Positions 13,006 through 25,485 of a stretch of 64,000 nt of DNA are shown one piece after another. The DNA lies in assembly GCF_020745735.1 (NCBI RefSeq), contig NC_083413.1, positions 63,612,001 to 63,676,000 of the forward strand, in the 5' to 3' direction. How positions within the stretch are numbered: position 1 is the first letter of the stretch; each line of letters starts with the position of its first letter. A program made the translations under genes and the position numbers. Source of the stretch: Hemiscyllium ocellatum (Eukaryota). The notes beneath the pieces were generated by a model. That model saw nothing but the letters and a program-made list of their open reading frames with translations, was not told the origin of the DNA and ran no database searches.

Positions 13006-13539
13006 GGACAGTCCCCAGTTTTGCCACCCATAATTGCTTATCTGGCAATTCACAGCTAAATTTGACTCCTTTATGCAGAATATTGCTGTACTAACACAAG
13101 ATCATCCTGGTTCCGGATCAGAGTCATTCTCAATGTGTCATGCTGATGGTGCTACACAGAAGTCACATCCCAGAATTAAACCTTCCTTGATGAATAATGT
13201 TTGCTTCTGTTGGTAAGACAATGAAACATTCACAGGAGGCTTCAGATGTTCTTTAACAACGTAAGTTTATTACACGAAAGAAAGAAAACAAACAAAGCTA
13301 TATTCAGTTAGAAAGACCATAACAACACCAAATATTATAATAAAGTTCCAGTGAAGTTTCCAAACACTGTCTGTTACAAGGATTCAAGTGCAGAGAAATT
13401 ATATCCCCATTTCAACTTAAGTTTCTACTTCACTGACTCTTTCCGGTTTCTGATTCTTGTACTGTAGAGAAAGTTTTTACAATCACTCTCCCAAGTCTGA
13501 TAGCAGGAACAGCAGGTCTGGCAACAGGTGTGGAGCTGA

Positions 13540-13945
13540 CAGGAAGAAGAACACCTCATCTTCAGCCTTGGGACCCTCCAACCACATGGCATCAACATTG
13601 ACTTCATTAGTTTCCAAATCTCCCCTCCCCCCATGTCATCCCAGATCCAATCCTCCAACTCGGCATCACCCTCTTGACCTCTCCTTCCTGTCCATCTTCC
13701 TTCCCACCTATCTGCTCCACCCTCTGCATTGACCTATCACTATTACACCCCATCTGCATCCACCTATCACCTTCCCACCTAATTTCCCCCAGGCCCATCC
13801 CCATACCCTTATTTATCTCTCAGCCCCCTTCTGCCCCACCCCCACATTCCTGATGAAGAACTTACGTCTGAAACGCCGATTCCTGCTCCTCGGATGCTCC
13901 TGGCCTGCTGTGCTTTTCCGGCACCACCCTTTTTGACTCAGCATC
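13540..13945 (+). mobile_element. Penelope-like element 3' fragment with inactivated hammerhead (13846-13881)
   Basis: EEEHLIFSLGTLQPHGINIDF C-terminus as in 47150..47635, a C-rich UTR, and CTGATGA...GAAACGCC (GUC mutated to GCC). Confidence 0.85.
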
Positions 13946-13962
13946 TGTAAAGAGAAAGCAGA

Positions 13963-13998
13963 GTTAACCTTTTGGGTCAAGAGGCCCTTCTTCAGAAC
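13963..13998 (-). ncRNA. Degenerate hammerhead motif of a second PLE family
   Basis: Minus strand reads GTT-CTGAAGA-A-GGGCC(TCTT)GACCC-AAAA-G-GTT-AAC. The topology is the same, but GAAA is mutated. Confidence 0.5.
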
Positions 13999-16694
13999 AT
14001 TCTCACCTGGTTTGAGAACTTGACAAGTCAGAGAAGACATACACTGCTGTAGTTACAGGTTTCGACACAGTGGGAGAAATCAGATTGGTCACGAACCTAA
14101 AACTTGCTTCTGAAAACTGCTCAACTCTCGTTTTTTTTTTCAACTCTTGGTTCCTCTCAACTAAAACTGGTATTTTCTGAAATGAACTGAAAATTAATGA
14201 ACGGCTTGATGGAGTTAGACTGCCTGTCATAACCCAAAAGCATAAATACCTTATTCTATTCCAAGCCATGGCTTCCTCCAGACCATAGATTAGTCATATT
14301 TCTCCTTGGAGCTGGAGCAGTTTAGATAAAAAAAAGAAATCCACGTCCATATGCCTCTCTTTTTAAATTGATCTAAATTTCAAAATCGATGTTATGTTTT
14401 CCACACATTTTCATTGCCCATTGCTAACAGTCTGCTTCCTTCATTGATCCCTCCAAGGCCAAGTACAGAGTGTTTATGCAAAAGCAAAATAGCGTGATTC
14501 CTATCAATCTGAAGCAAGAACACAAAATACTGGAAAAAAAATCAGCAGCTCAAGCTGTATCTATGGAAAGAAACTGGAAAAAAATATTTTAGATTATGAT
14601 AACCTCTTGTCAGAAATCTTTCACAGCATACTAGATGGAGAGTGCTGGGTTTTGAGATTTTTGGCGTTTTAACTTAATTTCAAGAAAATTGTTGTCCTAT
14701 GTTAGATTTAGAAAGCAAGCAGTTAACACAATTCAGACATTATCTGGAAATAAATATTTTATCTAACAGTCAGGACCAAACTAAGTGTCTTACAGAATTG
14801 TGTCTTAAAAGGCATTCTTATTCTTAACACTTTTAACTTAGGAATTGCAAGACAAGAAATGGATCCACTGAAAAGTTATGCTTAATGGGGTCACTTTGTA
14901 TGTATTTATGATTACTGATTTCAGATACATACAAGTGTAAAATGATCACAGAATAATTAAAAATGTTTACAGAAAATGTTGATGGATTTAATAGGTTGAG
15001 AAGAAGGAGAAATGAAAATTATAATAAAAGCAAACAATAGTTTGGCTTTCCAATACTTTAGTTCCCAGGAAATGCATGCTTCAACGGTATCTAGCATTGG
15101 AATGTTCAAATCTATTATCTGGAAGCTTATTCATACAATCATTGAAGTGGTTATCTCCTGTTAATTGCAGCCAAATCCTACAGAGGCTTGGATAGGTGGA
15201 TAGGTTCCATTTTCTGAAATCTAGTCAAGCCTTCTCCTTCTCTTGACTCCGAGGCTGGTCTCTTGGGACTTTAGCAAATATTTCTAAGATATTGAGTCTC
15301 TTATACCCTGTTTAGAATTTAAATCTGTGTTATGATATATATAGGCCATCCCATTTTATAAAAATTCTTTTAATAGTATAATGCCTAATATTCTCTGCAC
15401 TTTGTTTAAATCATGTGATTTAAATCCACTGGGAAAGCTGTCAATCTCTCCCTCCCTTTTTCCAGTAAATTTCCATTATGTGAAGCCCCTTGAAGTCCAG
15501 CTTTCAGAAAAAGATGTTTGTGTATTGCTGGAACTTTGTTGTAAGTTCTGTCAGGTTCCCAAGACTTAGCCTTTGTAAATTATTACACTAGTGTCTCTTG
15601 CTTGCTTGCACTGTTATTTTCCTAAGAATATTTGCTTTGGTCTCACTATGCAGCTAAGTTGTCAGAAGAGATTTTGTTTTCAATTCAGTTCATTCCATAC
15701 AAGGCATGACTGGTTATGTAGGCAAGCTTGTTTTCTTACTTTACCTGGACTCTGTTTTAAAGGTTCATTTGGCACTGCAACCTCATACACTACATCAACT
15801 TGATGTCGATGATACATTTGTGAATCCATGGCAACCTCAGACTAAGTACAATGGCTTTCCTCACTTAAGTCCATAGGGAAGTATGATAGCCATCAGCCAG
15901 AAGAACTGTAACAGGTTCAGTTCCCTGGTCAACTTCTTATGGATAAAAATTGGGTTTTCACAGTTATGTTGTTAGCTTTTACACAAGTTTGATGTGAAAA
16001 GAGAGTCTGAGGGAGAGACTAGGTTTTCTAACATTTGAGGTGGATTGACTATGCTAAAAAAAATTACACTGTAATGTACATGAATGGTTAGGTGAGTTAG
16101 CCATGGTAAAAACCCCATTTGGGGTTATGGGGATGGATCTGGGTGGAATAGATTTTGGAGGGTTGGTGCAGCCTTGAATGGCCTGATTTTGCATTGCAGG
16201 ATTCTGTGTTTCAAGTGTTTGGTTCCAGAGTTCAATATTCTGAAGTGACTTACTACACTAACAAGGATTGTGGTGAAGTTATATTACAAGGAGCAAAAGA
16301 AATATCATGTTGAAATTTTTGGGACACTTTGTTTTCACAGAAGTTAAACAAACCTGTTGTTCTCACCACACAATTTGACCCTTTCCAGATGTTGGGGATA
16401 GGTGGACTGGCTTTGGTCAGTCATGGCTCTTATCTCTGATCTCAGGTTTGTATTGTCACAAATCCTGCTCCAGAGATCTGAGCATGTACACCTAATCTCT
16501 CATCACAAATGCCATAATGAGGTGATGCTACATCATTGAAGGTGCAATCTGTTGGATATAAGTTTCAACTGAAGAATAATGGAGCTATTGTTGGTGTCTT
16601 GGCCAATATTTATCCCTCAATCCACAAACATCAATCAGATTTTCTTGTTATTATTACATTATCATTTGTGAGAGTTTACTTCCCACAGTTTAAG

Positions 16695-17070
16695 GAGATG
16701 GTGGCATAATGTTAATGTCACTGAGCTAGTAAACTAGAGAATGTTTCTCTGGGGAAATGGGTTCAAACCCCACCACAGCCGCTGATAGGATTTATAGTAA
16801 CTATAAATCAGGTTTCATTCATGAACGTGACAACGAACATCAGTTGTAAAATCTCATCTGGTTCATACGTCTTTTCGAAAAGGAAATTTGCCTTTCTTGC
16901 CTGGTCTGATCTAAGTGTGATGCCAAGCCCATAGCAATGTTACTGACTTAACTACCCTCTGACATTGCTCCTGAGCGGAGTAGCTAACCAGGCTATCAGG
17001 GATGGGCAACAAAGCTGAGCTTGATACTTGGTTAATGATGGCCACATACATTGTAAAAATAAATGAAGAA
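16695..17070 (+). mobile_element. tRNA-derived SINE with family-B LINE tail
   Basis: Head ggtggcataatg...gggttcaaaccc; tail agggatgggcaacaaagctg resembles the 3' end of family B. Confidence 0.6.
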
Positions 17071-18254
17071 GAAATACCCAGCATATTTCCTACAAAGCAA
17101 AAGTGCTGTGAGACTCTTAAGGCCACAAAAGGTCCTGTATAAATGAACGAGCTAAATTTGTTATTTTGGTCAAGTTTGAGTTGAACTGAATCTTTTGGAG
17201 GGATTTCTGCCACAAGGCTTAGTGACATCTCATTTACTCGTTACGCGAACACCCGCAATACATCCCTCATGTCCGATTCCGACCCTGTCTTACCACTAAC
17301 CATTCCGAGAACACCTCGGCACTGTCGTCACCACATACCTCTGTGCCCATGCCATAGTAAAAGCCTGTGGTGCCCTTAAATGGGTGTTTTCAGTCTGTCA
17401 TTGATATCAAAGGCTGTCTTCACTCACTCAAGACTCCCTGAGCAAAGGCTATTCCATTGATCTGACTGAAGCTTGCTCAAGACCATGACAATCTTCCTGC
17501 TGTTGTGTCTGTGCCACAGCAAGGCAAAATAGAAGTAATCAAAGTCTGTTTTCTCTGGCTGAGGGGGCAACATGCAAAAAGGCAAGGCAAAACAATGCAT
17601 GCTGGGAATACTGTGAGCATCCAGGTAAGTTCAGAGTGAGTGAGCAGACTGACAGAGTGAAGGGTCTAGAGATGCAGCCTGGTCTGATCCTCGAGCTGGA
17701 TGTGTGGCCCTGAGCACACCCTCTGCTTTCCACAGCACAACAGTGATAACAGCAGCATCAAGCATCCGCAGATCGGAGGTGTGCCATTGGAGTTCTTAGA
17801 GGCTGCCACACAATGATTGCTAATGCATGTGACCAATGCCCATGGAACATACCCTGTGATGCTGGTGCCTGGTCTATGTCCTTTGGAGCAAGTAGCAAGC
17901 TAAAATCACCAGATACCTGCTTTATGTTCAAGTCAGGTTTTCTCGCTGTTTACCTTGTTTGATCATTTGGTCAGACAGAAAGCTGAATATTAATGAGCCG
18001 AGTCGGGTCATTAACATGGAATTTAATAGCAATAATCCCCTTTCACTGGCAACTTGCTGCTGCCTATTGAGACCCTCCACCCGCAGCCATGCCATTCATC
18101 CAAAACATTGGAGGTGGAGGGTGATCCCCTCAATATCAAAGTCAGCCCAGCTGGAAGTCTTATTCCTTTCTGTTACACATCTCACCCAAACCCATGTCAT
18201 TGAGACCCTTAGAAGATTCTGTCCAAAGTCTTTTTTCTTTGTTTCTTCCACAAG

Positions 18255-18692
18255 AAGGCTGGGGTTGTTTTCCCTGGAGTGTCGGAGCTGAGGGGTGACC
18301 TTATAGAGGTTTATAAAATCATGAGGGACATGGATAGATAAATGGACAAACTGTTTTTCCCTGGGGTGGAGGAGTCCAGAACTAGAGGGCATAGATTTAG
18401 GGTGAGAGGGGAAAGATATAAAAGAGACCTAAGGGGCAACTGTTTCATGCAGAGGCTGGTACGTGTATGGAATGAGCTGCCAGAGGAAATGGTGGAGGCT
18501 GCTACAATTGCAACATTTAAAAGGCATCTGGATGGGTGTTTGAATTGGAAAAGTTTGAAGGGATGTGATCAGGTTTGGAGGGATATGGTCCAGATACTGA
18601 CAGATGGGACTGCATTGGGTTGGGATATCTGGTCGGCATGGACAGGTTGGACTGAAGGATCTGTTTCCATGTATATCTCTATGCTGTATGAC
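18255..18692 (+). mobile_element. CR1 LINE 3' end (family A)
   Basis: LGLFSLECRS, RTRGHRFRVRGERYKRDLRGN, VWNELPEE and the family A 3' UTR. Confidence 0.9.
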
Positions 18693-19734
18693 TAAGAACG
18701 AGGGTTTGTTTTGACATTGATCCTGCATAATATTATATGAATGAGTATTGACTGATGGAGATAAATTATTGACCATTAGGAGCAAAATGTCTGTTGACAA
18801 GAGATTCCACGAAGCAGAATATCACTGTAAAATTCATTGGCCAGATTGAGTTTTAAATAAGTAGTCAGCTTTCATTACCCTGATTTTTCTACCTCCTCTA
18901 AGTCTGATCCCTCACACTCTGTAGTTTCTCACTTGTTTTTCCCTATCCTGTCCAAGCTTACTTGTCCCATATGACGCACCTATCCTTCTCTGAATTTCTC
19001 TTCCTGTCTGGCTACCTCTTCATATCCACGACTAAAGAGCTTCTTTAGCTTTCAGTATGATCCTTCCATTTAAAAATTGCTTGCCTCTTCTAAACTTGAT
19101 CCCTCTATTCTTTAAAGCTACTATCTTATCTTTAACTTCTCAAAACTTCTGAACTGTGGTATTGCTATTGAATGAGTTCCCCTAATACTGAAAGGCATCA
19201 CATCTTAAATTGTTTGTGTTGGATACTGTCTTCCATGCCATCCTTCTCTTTAAAAACCAACAGTTTGGCCAGGTTTTCATACTTTGGAACATTTGGAAGA
19301 CTGTGCTTTAAATTATATATATCTGCATAACTTTTAAAGGACATCCAAAAGGAAGGGTTTTACACAGCTCAGGCACATCTTGGTCCCTTTACAGTCTGGC
19401 CATGCAAACTATTTAAAGTGTATGCACACTTCTGAACCAGATGTTGAAGTTTTTTTCCCCGCAAAGATTTTTTTAACATGAAACATTAATTCATTGATTT
19501 GCCTTACTATTAGAAAAAAGACTATGTGCACCATTAATTTAGGAGCCCTCTTGTTCTTGTCTGGAAACTGTCTTACCCACAGATTAACCACAAAGCAGAC
19601 CAAAAAGTAAAAGGTAGAGAAGACCACAGTTAGTTGGCTACAAAAATTGAAATGCAGAAAGATGGAAGTTACTTTGCTTGTGACACACAAGATGATGCTT
19701 GAGAATTTCTTTCAATTTATTCTTTCTTTCTATG

Positions 19735-20115
19735 GAGCAGAAAACGTTGAGTAGGGACCTGATTGGGGTGTAGAAGATTGACGGCATAGAAGAGTCATTA
19801 GAAAGCAGCTATTCCCCTTAATCGAAGGGTTAATAACAAGGGGGCATCATTCGAAGTGAAAGGCAGGATTCTTAGAGAGGTTTTGAAAGAAAACATTTTC
19901 ACCCAGAGGATTGTCCGGTTTGGAATGCATTGCTGGGAACGTAGTTGAGGTGGGAAACCTCAGAACCTTTAAAAAGTACTTGGATGAGCACTTGAAATGT
20001 CATAACATTCAAGACAATGGGCCAAAAGCTGTAAAGTGGGACTAGTTTAAGTAGTAGTGTATTTTTGGCAGTACAGACTCAATGGATTGAAGGGTCTCCC
20101 TGTACTGTACGATTC
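19735..20115 (+). mobile_element. CR1 LINE 3' end, older family
   Basis: taacaagggggcat (TRGH), ttttcacccagagg (FTQR), tggaatgcattg (WNAL) and a CR1-type tail. Confidence 0.7.
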
Positions 20116-23100
20116 TGTGTCTTCACAGGATGTGGGCACTACTGGATAGGCTAATATTTGCCCAACAAGGATTTTCTTGTTCCAACTCAATTTACTGGGC
20201 AGAACACTCTCCCTGAGCTGCACTGGCGTGCACATACCAATCGATGATCTTGTCCGGTTTCAGGTACTGCTGGGACACATAGACTTCAGAGGTTAGTGTG
20301 GTAGAAAAATTAATTTGAAGAAATTTAGTTAACATCTGATGAATATTGTATTTGGGCATGTAATACTGGGCAACATGTACACTTCTTTAATTAGACTAAA
20401 AGCTGACTCATGGGAGATTATCCAAGGCAAATCTTTAAGCCTGAGACTGTGGTTTTATTCTTATCTTTTTACTATCTCCACTGAAAGTCCTCAGGTACAG
20501 TTAATGTTTAAAGATAGACGTGCATATTTTGATCTGATTTGCCTTCATGAACTGCTGTAGATATAGTGACAAGCTTTTATTTTCAGGGGATTTGTACGTA
20601 ATGAGACAATGGCTCTCTTAGCAAGAATTGGATTGGGGAAAGGTAAGACTGAAAGATGCAATAGACATTTATTATAGCTCCTGGTACCTACATATGTTAT
20701 AGTCACATGCAGTGCTGTGCAATGGCTTGGACTGACCAATTCAGTTACACATAGTTGCATGCTTCCCTTGGCTGTGAGTGGCCCCATGAAAATGGAGACT
20801 GAGATATTCATACCATCAGGTCACATGCTGCACTACAGTGATGATATTATGAGTAGGCCTCGTAAAGGTTTGTTATGTATCAGCCATGAGATGTAACACG
20901 AAGCATTTAAGTTGTGTAATTCTCATTTCATTTCTGTAGAGATTGCTCGATTACAGGTGCAGAATTGTACTCCCTTTACAATTGTTGGGGACAGACCTTA
21001 GAGGTTGAAATATAAGTACCTCTAATGAACGAAATACCTGTTCATTGAATTGAGATCTTTCTATTCCATTTTGGCCAGTAACATACTGGGCAGTGCTTTT
21101 GTATTGAAAACGTTTCATAAGCTGTGGATTGCTGTTGTTTGCAAATTAAAGCAAGGTGCTGAGGCTGTCACTTCATTTGTATTCTTGGAGACTGATGGCA
21201 ATGTCCTTGGAAAGACCATGCAGGTGAAATGAAAGCCCATTAGTCTATCAGACTGTGGTGGAGCTTTTATCATCTCGTTAGGGAAGGGGAACTGCACACC
21301 CTCATGTTTTTCTGACATGACCAGAAAAGGATTTTAAACAGTATGTTCCACATGCAGAGTGACTATTGTAACTATGGGATGAGACAGTTTTCAAGATAAA
21401 ACATGGCACCAACTGAAATGTGATGTGAGTTTGTTTTGAAGAAACTGAATTTTGGGGATAAATGGCAGAAGAGAAGATAACAAAGATGACAATTCTTCCA
21501 GTTCAGCTCAGTAGAAAATTCAGATCTACCAATGCTTAATTTGGAAACACATATTTAAATAATCCTTTTAAAGAATGCCAGGTTTTCAATGTATTGCTCA
21601 ATAAAATTACTTATATTCAAGTTGTAAGAATCTCAGATGAGCTTATTAACCTGTCTTGATGTCATTTGGTTCAGTAGGCTTTAGGATCATACATTTTGAA
21701 ATCAAGTAATTATCCTCAATCTCTGTAGCTATTTTTAACAGAGTGTAGACAGCAGTCGTTGATCATCCTTTTGGTTAGGGAGGGGTTGAATGCTTTCCCC
21801 GCTGGATAATCCAGAAAAGGTATGTTTATAACAATGAGAAGCTCGAGAATAAAGTCATCTTCCACATTTTCCGGCTCTTCAAGCTATGGGTGCTGATGTC
21901 ATTTGTCGCGATGTAACTCTTTGTTATTAAACTTTAGATTTGACCAATTTAAAAATCTTTGTTAAAATGATTTTGTTTTAGCAGTTTTAAAACAAAGTCA
22001 GATTGACTCCTCTTATCCTTAACTGCTGTCACAAAGTGAGTTGAAGGCAATAATTCAATTTTTTTGGTTGAGAGGATTATAAACAGCTGAAGCTTGACTA
22101 TCAGGGCTCATGATATTATCTGAAGTTGACAGGATTAATGCCCTGTAATTCACTTTGAGGTATCCATTAAACACCATTAAATTTTTCATGTCCACATGAC
22201 AGATTAAGAAGCATATTATCCAAGGTAGTTCTTCAGCAATGGAGGTATTGAGGCTTACTCTGACTAATATCGTCTTAGTAATTCCATTTGCTCAAATTCA
22301 ACTGATTTTGTCAGTTCTCTAAAATTTAATTGGTGCTCAAAAGGAGGTTTTTTTTTGACAGGCAGTGGTAATATTTGTCTCCTAATGTGATTGCCACTTT
22401 TAATTCTATTTATTGGTGCCAAACATACAATTAGTGGCTTGTTTTAATTAACATAAGCAATCTATTTCCTAATCTTGATATATAACCTTTGTAGAAAAGC
22501 TATTCTGATTTAAGAAAAATAGGTACTTTTGTAGCAACCTGTTTAGACATGTTATGACACACCTCTGGAGCAGGTGGGATTTGAACCCAGTCCTTCTGGC
22601 TCAAAGGTATCCCTAAATACTGATTTTATATAGTGTGTGACCATGAACAAACTCTCCCTTTTCAATTATAATGTAATCGTATTGACATACCCACCTTGTT
22701 CATCAACCATATAGTCCTCTGAATTAATCACCTGCTTCATCTTAAAAGTGAGGTGGAGCTATGCGCAATTACATGGAAGTAATAGTCATTGTTATTGCCT
22801 CTTGACATTGATCCAGATCTCATCCGTTGCAGCGTTTAATAAAGTTTTATTATTTTGTGCAGGATTGAAATTTTTTGAGGTGTCACAGGTATATTTCATT
22901 ATGCATGTATGTATTGGATCAGTAAGGCAGGAGTGATAACTTTCATCTATTTGTGGGATGCAATTTGGAAGTCTAATTCCCAGCAGACCACATCTCATTC
23001 GATGTATCATTCGTAAACTATGCCCCAGCACTGCTCGTGGAAGTCATTTCAGGAAAAATGATATTGAATCGCAAACAACAGGATTATTACATGCTTCACC

Positions 23101-25337
23101 AATCATCTATTTATCATTACAGCAGTATCTTCAATCATAGATTAGTAGGTCTATTGATCTTGTATGAGTGGGCTGAAAGCTTTTAAAATTCAAATGAAAA
23201 AAATCCTGATTTAATTAATTGACAAAAAAAGTGAAATGTCAATATTGAATGTTATGAAGTGCTGTCGGTTATGCGTCACAGAACCTTTACCAGAAAGACA
23301 GCAGTTGAATCCTTTTAAAGGGCCTGACTCACAGCTGAACCTGCACACAGCATTCTGTGGATGGACTGAACTGTCCTGTATTCATTCCTCTTTTTGCATT
23401 GAAAGCTTTAATAAATGAACGTAAAGCAAAAATAAAATCACAAAACTGCATCCACTGCTGACTGAATCAAATTTTACTTGAACTGCAAGATGAATGGTAC
23501 AACAGAACTGGGTTTGATAAGTAACTCATCAGTACGTAGTTGAAGAATGACCACGTGGGTAGAGTTTTATTTGGGGAGTCATCATTTTTGTGAATTCTTG
23601 CACAGTCATTAATATTCCTCGAGGGAGAGGTGGAGAACAAAACATGGAAAAAATAAATCACCGTTCTAATTTGATATGGAAAGTGTCGACCAATTCTACA
23701 TGTTCAGGATATTAACTTAACTGGGTCAAAACATGCCATTGATACAATTGACAGTGTAGTGCCCAGGTTCAGTATTGTGCCAGATGGTATTATTGTTGCA
23801 GGCATCCTGCATTTATATCAGTTTATTAGTTGACCTCACAATGGCAATGTGTTAATTAATTCACTAATGAGGTTAATGAATAGGGAACTGAAGTCAATTA
23901 TCAAACCAACATTAGTAATCTGTAACAACATCTGGATATTTATCACTCTTTAATAATTACATGATGTTTTGTACAACCAATCCCAATCAAACAAGAGATG
24001 GCCCATTAATATTTATCTCTCTTTCTGAATTTATTGATGTACCATGCAGTTATTTGCATTTGACAATTAAATTGATAGGACTTCTCAATGGTTTTGTGGC
24101 TTCTAGAATGCAGGAGGATTAATTCCTGTCTTTTGAAAATTTTACTGTTAGTATTAATTCCAAGCAGAACAACGTTGTTTTGTCAAAAGTGTGACCCAAA
24201 GTCAACCTAAATTGTTAAATTCTGGCTAAACTTGTAATTTGAGTTTTCAGGTTGAAGTATATTTGCAACTGATGTAACAAGGGTCTGAAGATTATATATT
24301 GCATGTATCATAAATCTATTTCGAGCAGGCCTAAGAAATTATTGGGAATTTGGCAGCAATTGCAATGAACTGAAGTTACATTATTACTATCCATTCAAGA
24401 GAATCTCTTGCAAAGTTTGTTCAGCAATAATGCATCAGCAGTAATTACAATGGCCTCAAAGCAATAGATGGCAAAATGGTGTATCCTAGTAATGTACTGT
24501 AGACTTGAGATCCAAAGTACGCTACAGAGAATCACTTTAGTAGTATTAGCAGATTTCAAATTAGGTGAATTTCTAAGTCAGTTTGTATGAAGCATCTGAT
24601 TTCTTTTTAATATTCTTTCATGGGATGTGGGCATCACTGGCAAGGTTACTAGTTGCTCATTCCTGATGACCCTTGAGAAGGTGATAATGGAAACCCGCTG
24701 CTTGGGAATGAAGCTGTTTATGTGGTATATGTACAGTGCTGTCAGACAAGGCCTTCCAGGATTTTGATCCTGCAGCAGTGAACAAATTAGCATATATGTT
24801 CAAGTTGGACAGTGCATGACAGAGAGGGAGACTTGTAGATGATGTTCTGATGCATTTGTTGCCCTTAACGTGAAAGAAAGATGGTTTAGAAGGAGCTTTG
24901 TTGAATTCTGGTTATTAAATTCTGCTTTCAATTTTCGATGACACACTCACTTAGTGTAAATCCTCATCACAAGCAGAATCATCAGGCAGAGAAAATGTGC
25001 AGTGTAACAGAATTGACCAGCAGAGTATTAATCTGCTGTAAAGCTATTTTCAGTGCCATTGCTAATGACAATGGCAGAGTCAGTATCGCAGAATAATGAA
25101 GCAAGTAGTTTAGTGTAGGGCCCTTAAAATTAGAAATCAAAAGAGCAGAATATGGGACAGTGGAAGAAATGTACAGCTTGAGCAGAAAACAAAATAAATA
25201 TTTTTCATTGACATGTAGTCAATTACTTTGTGAATCCAATACTCCTGGCTGGTACAATCATTCAGGATTTGGAAGCATTTATTCAGTATGATTTATTTGA
25301 AATGTATCTGTATTGGCACAGTCTGTTTCACACTTGT

Positions 25338-25362
25338 CTAATTGCATCATTTTTGTTTGTAG
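25338..25362 (+). promoter_or_regulatory. Branch point, polypyrimidine tract and 3' splice acceptor of the CLSTN2 exon
   Basis: CTAAT at 25338-25342, then tttttgtttgtag ending at 25362. Confidence 0.75.
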
Positions 25363-25485
25363 TAAACAAGCACAAGCCGTGGATTGAGACATCCTACCAC
25401 GGTACAATAACAGAGAACAATGATACCGTTTTTTTGGATCCACCCCTGGTTGCACTGGATAAGGATGCACCTGTGCGCTATGCAG
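25363..25485 (+). CDS. CLSTN2: Calsyntenin-2 internal coding exon (exon 2, start of first cadherin repeat), phase 1-1, 123 bp
   Basis: Translates (V)NKHKPWIETSYHGTITENNDTVFLDPPLVALDKDAPVRYA(G), matching the calsyntenin N-terminus. The WIETSYHG/ENNDTV/PPLVAL residues fit CLSTN2 better than CLSTN1 (WLEPTYHG) or CLSTN3 (WIEAEYQG), as I recall them. The exon is bounded by a polypyrimidine-tag acceptor (ag at 25361-25362) and a CAG|GTGAGT donor (25486). Confidence 0.93.

Noticed and set aside
13212-14794. LTR-like unit with gtaagaca/tgtcttac ends (also 39542-40062)
   Set aside because: No TSD, and the boundaries are unsupported.
17190-17900. Possible Harbinger transposase remnant
   Set aside because: Composition is suggestive, but I could not read convincing motifs.
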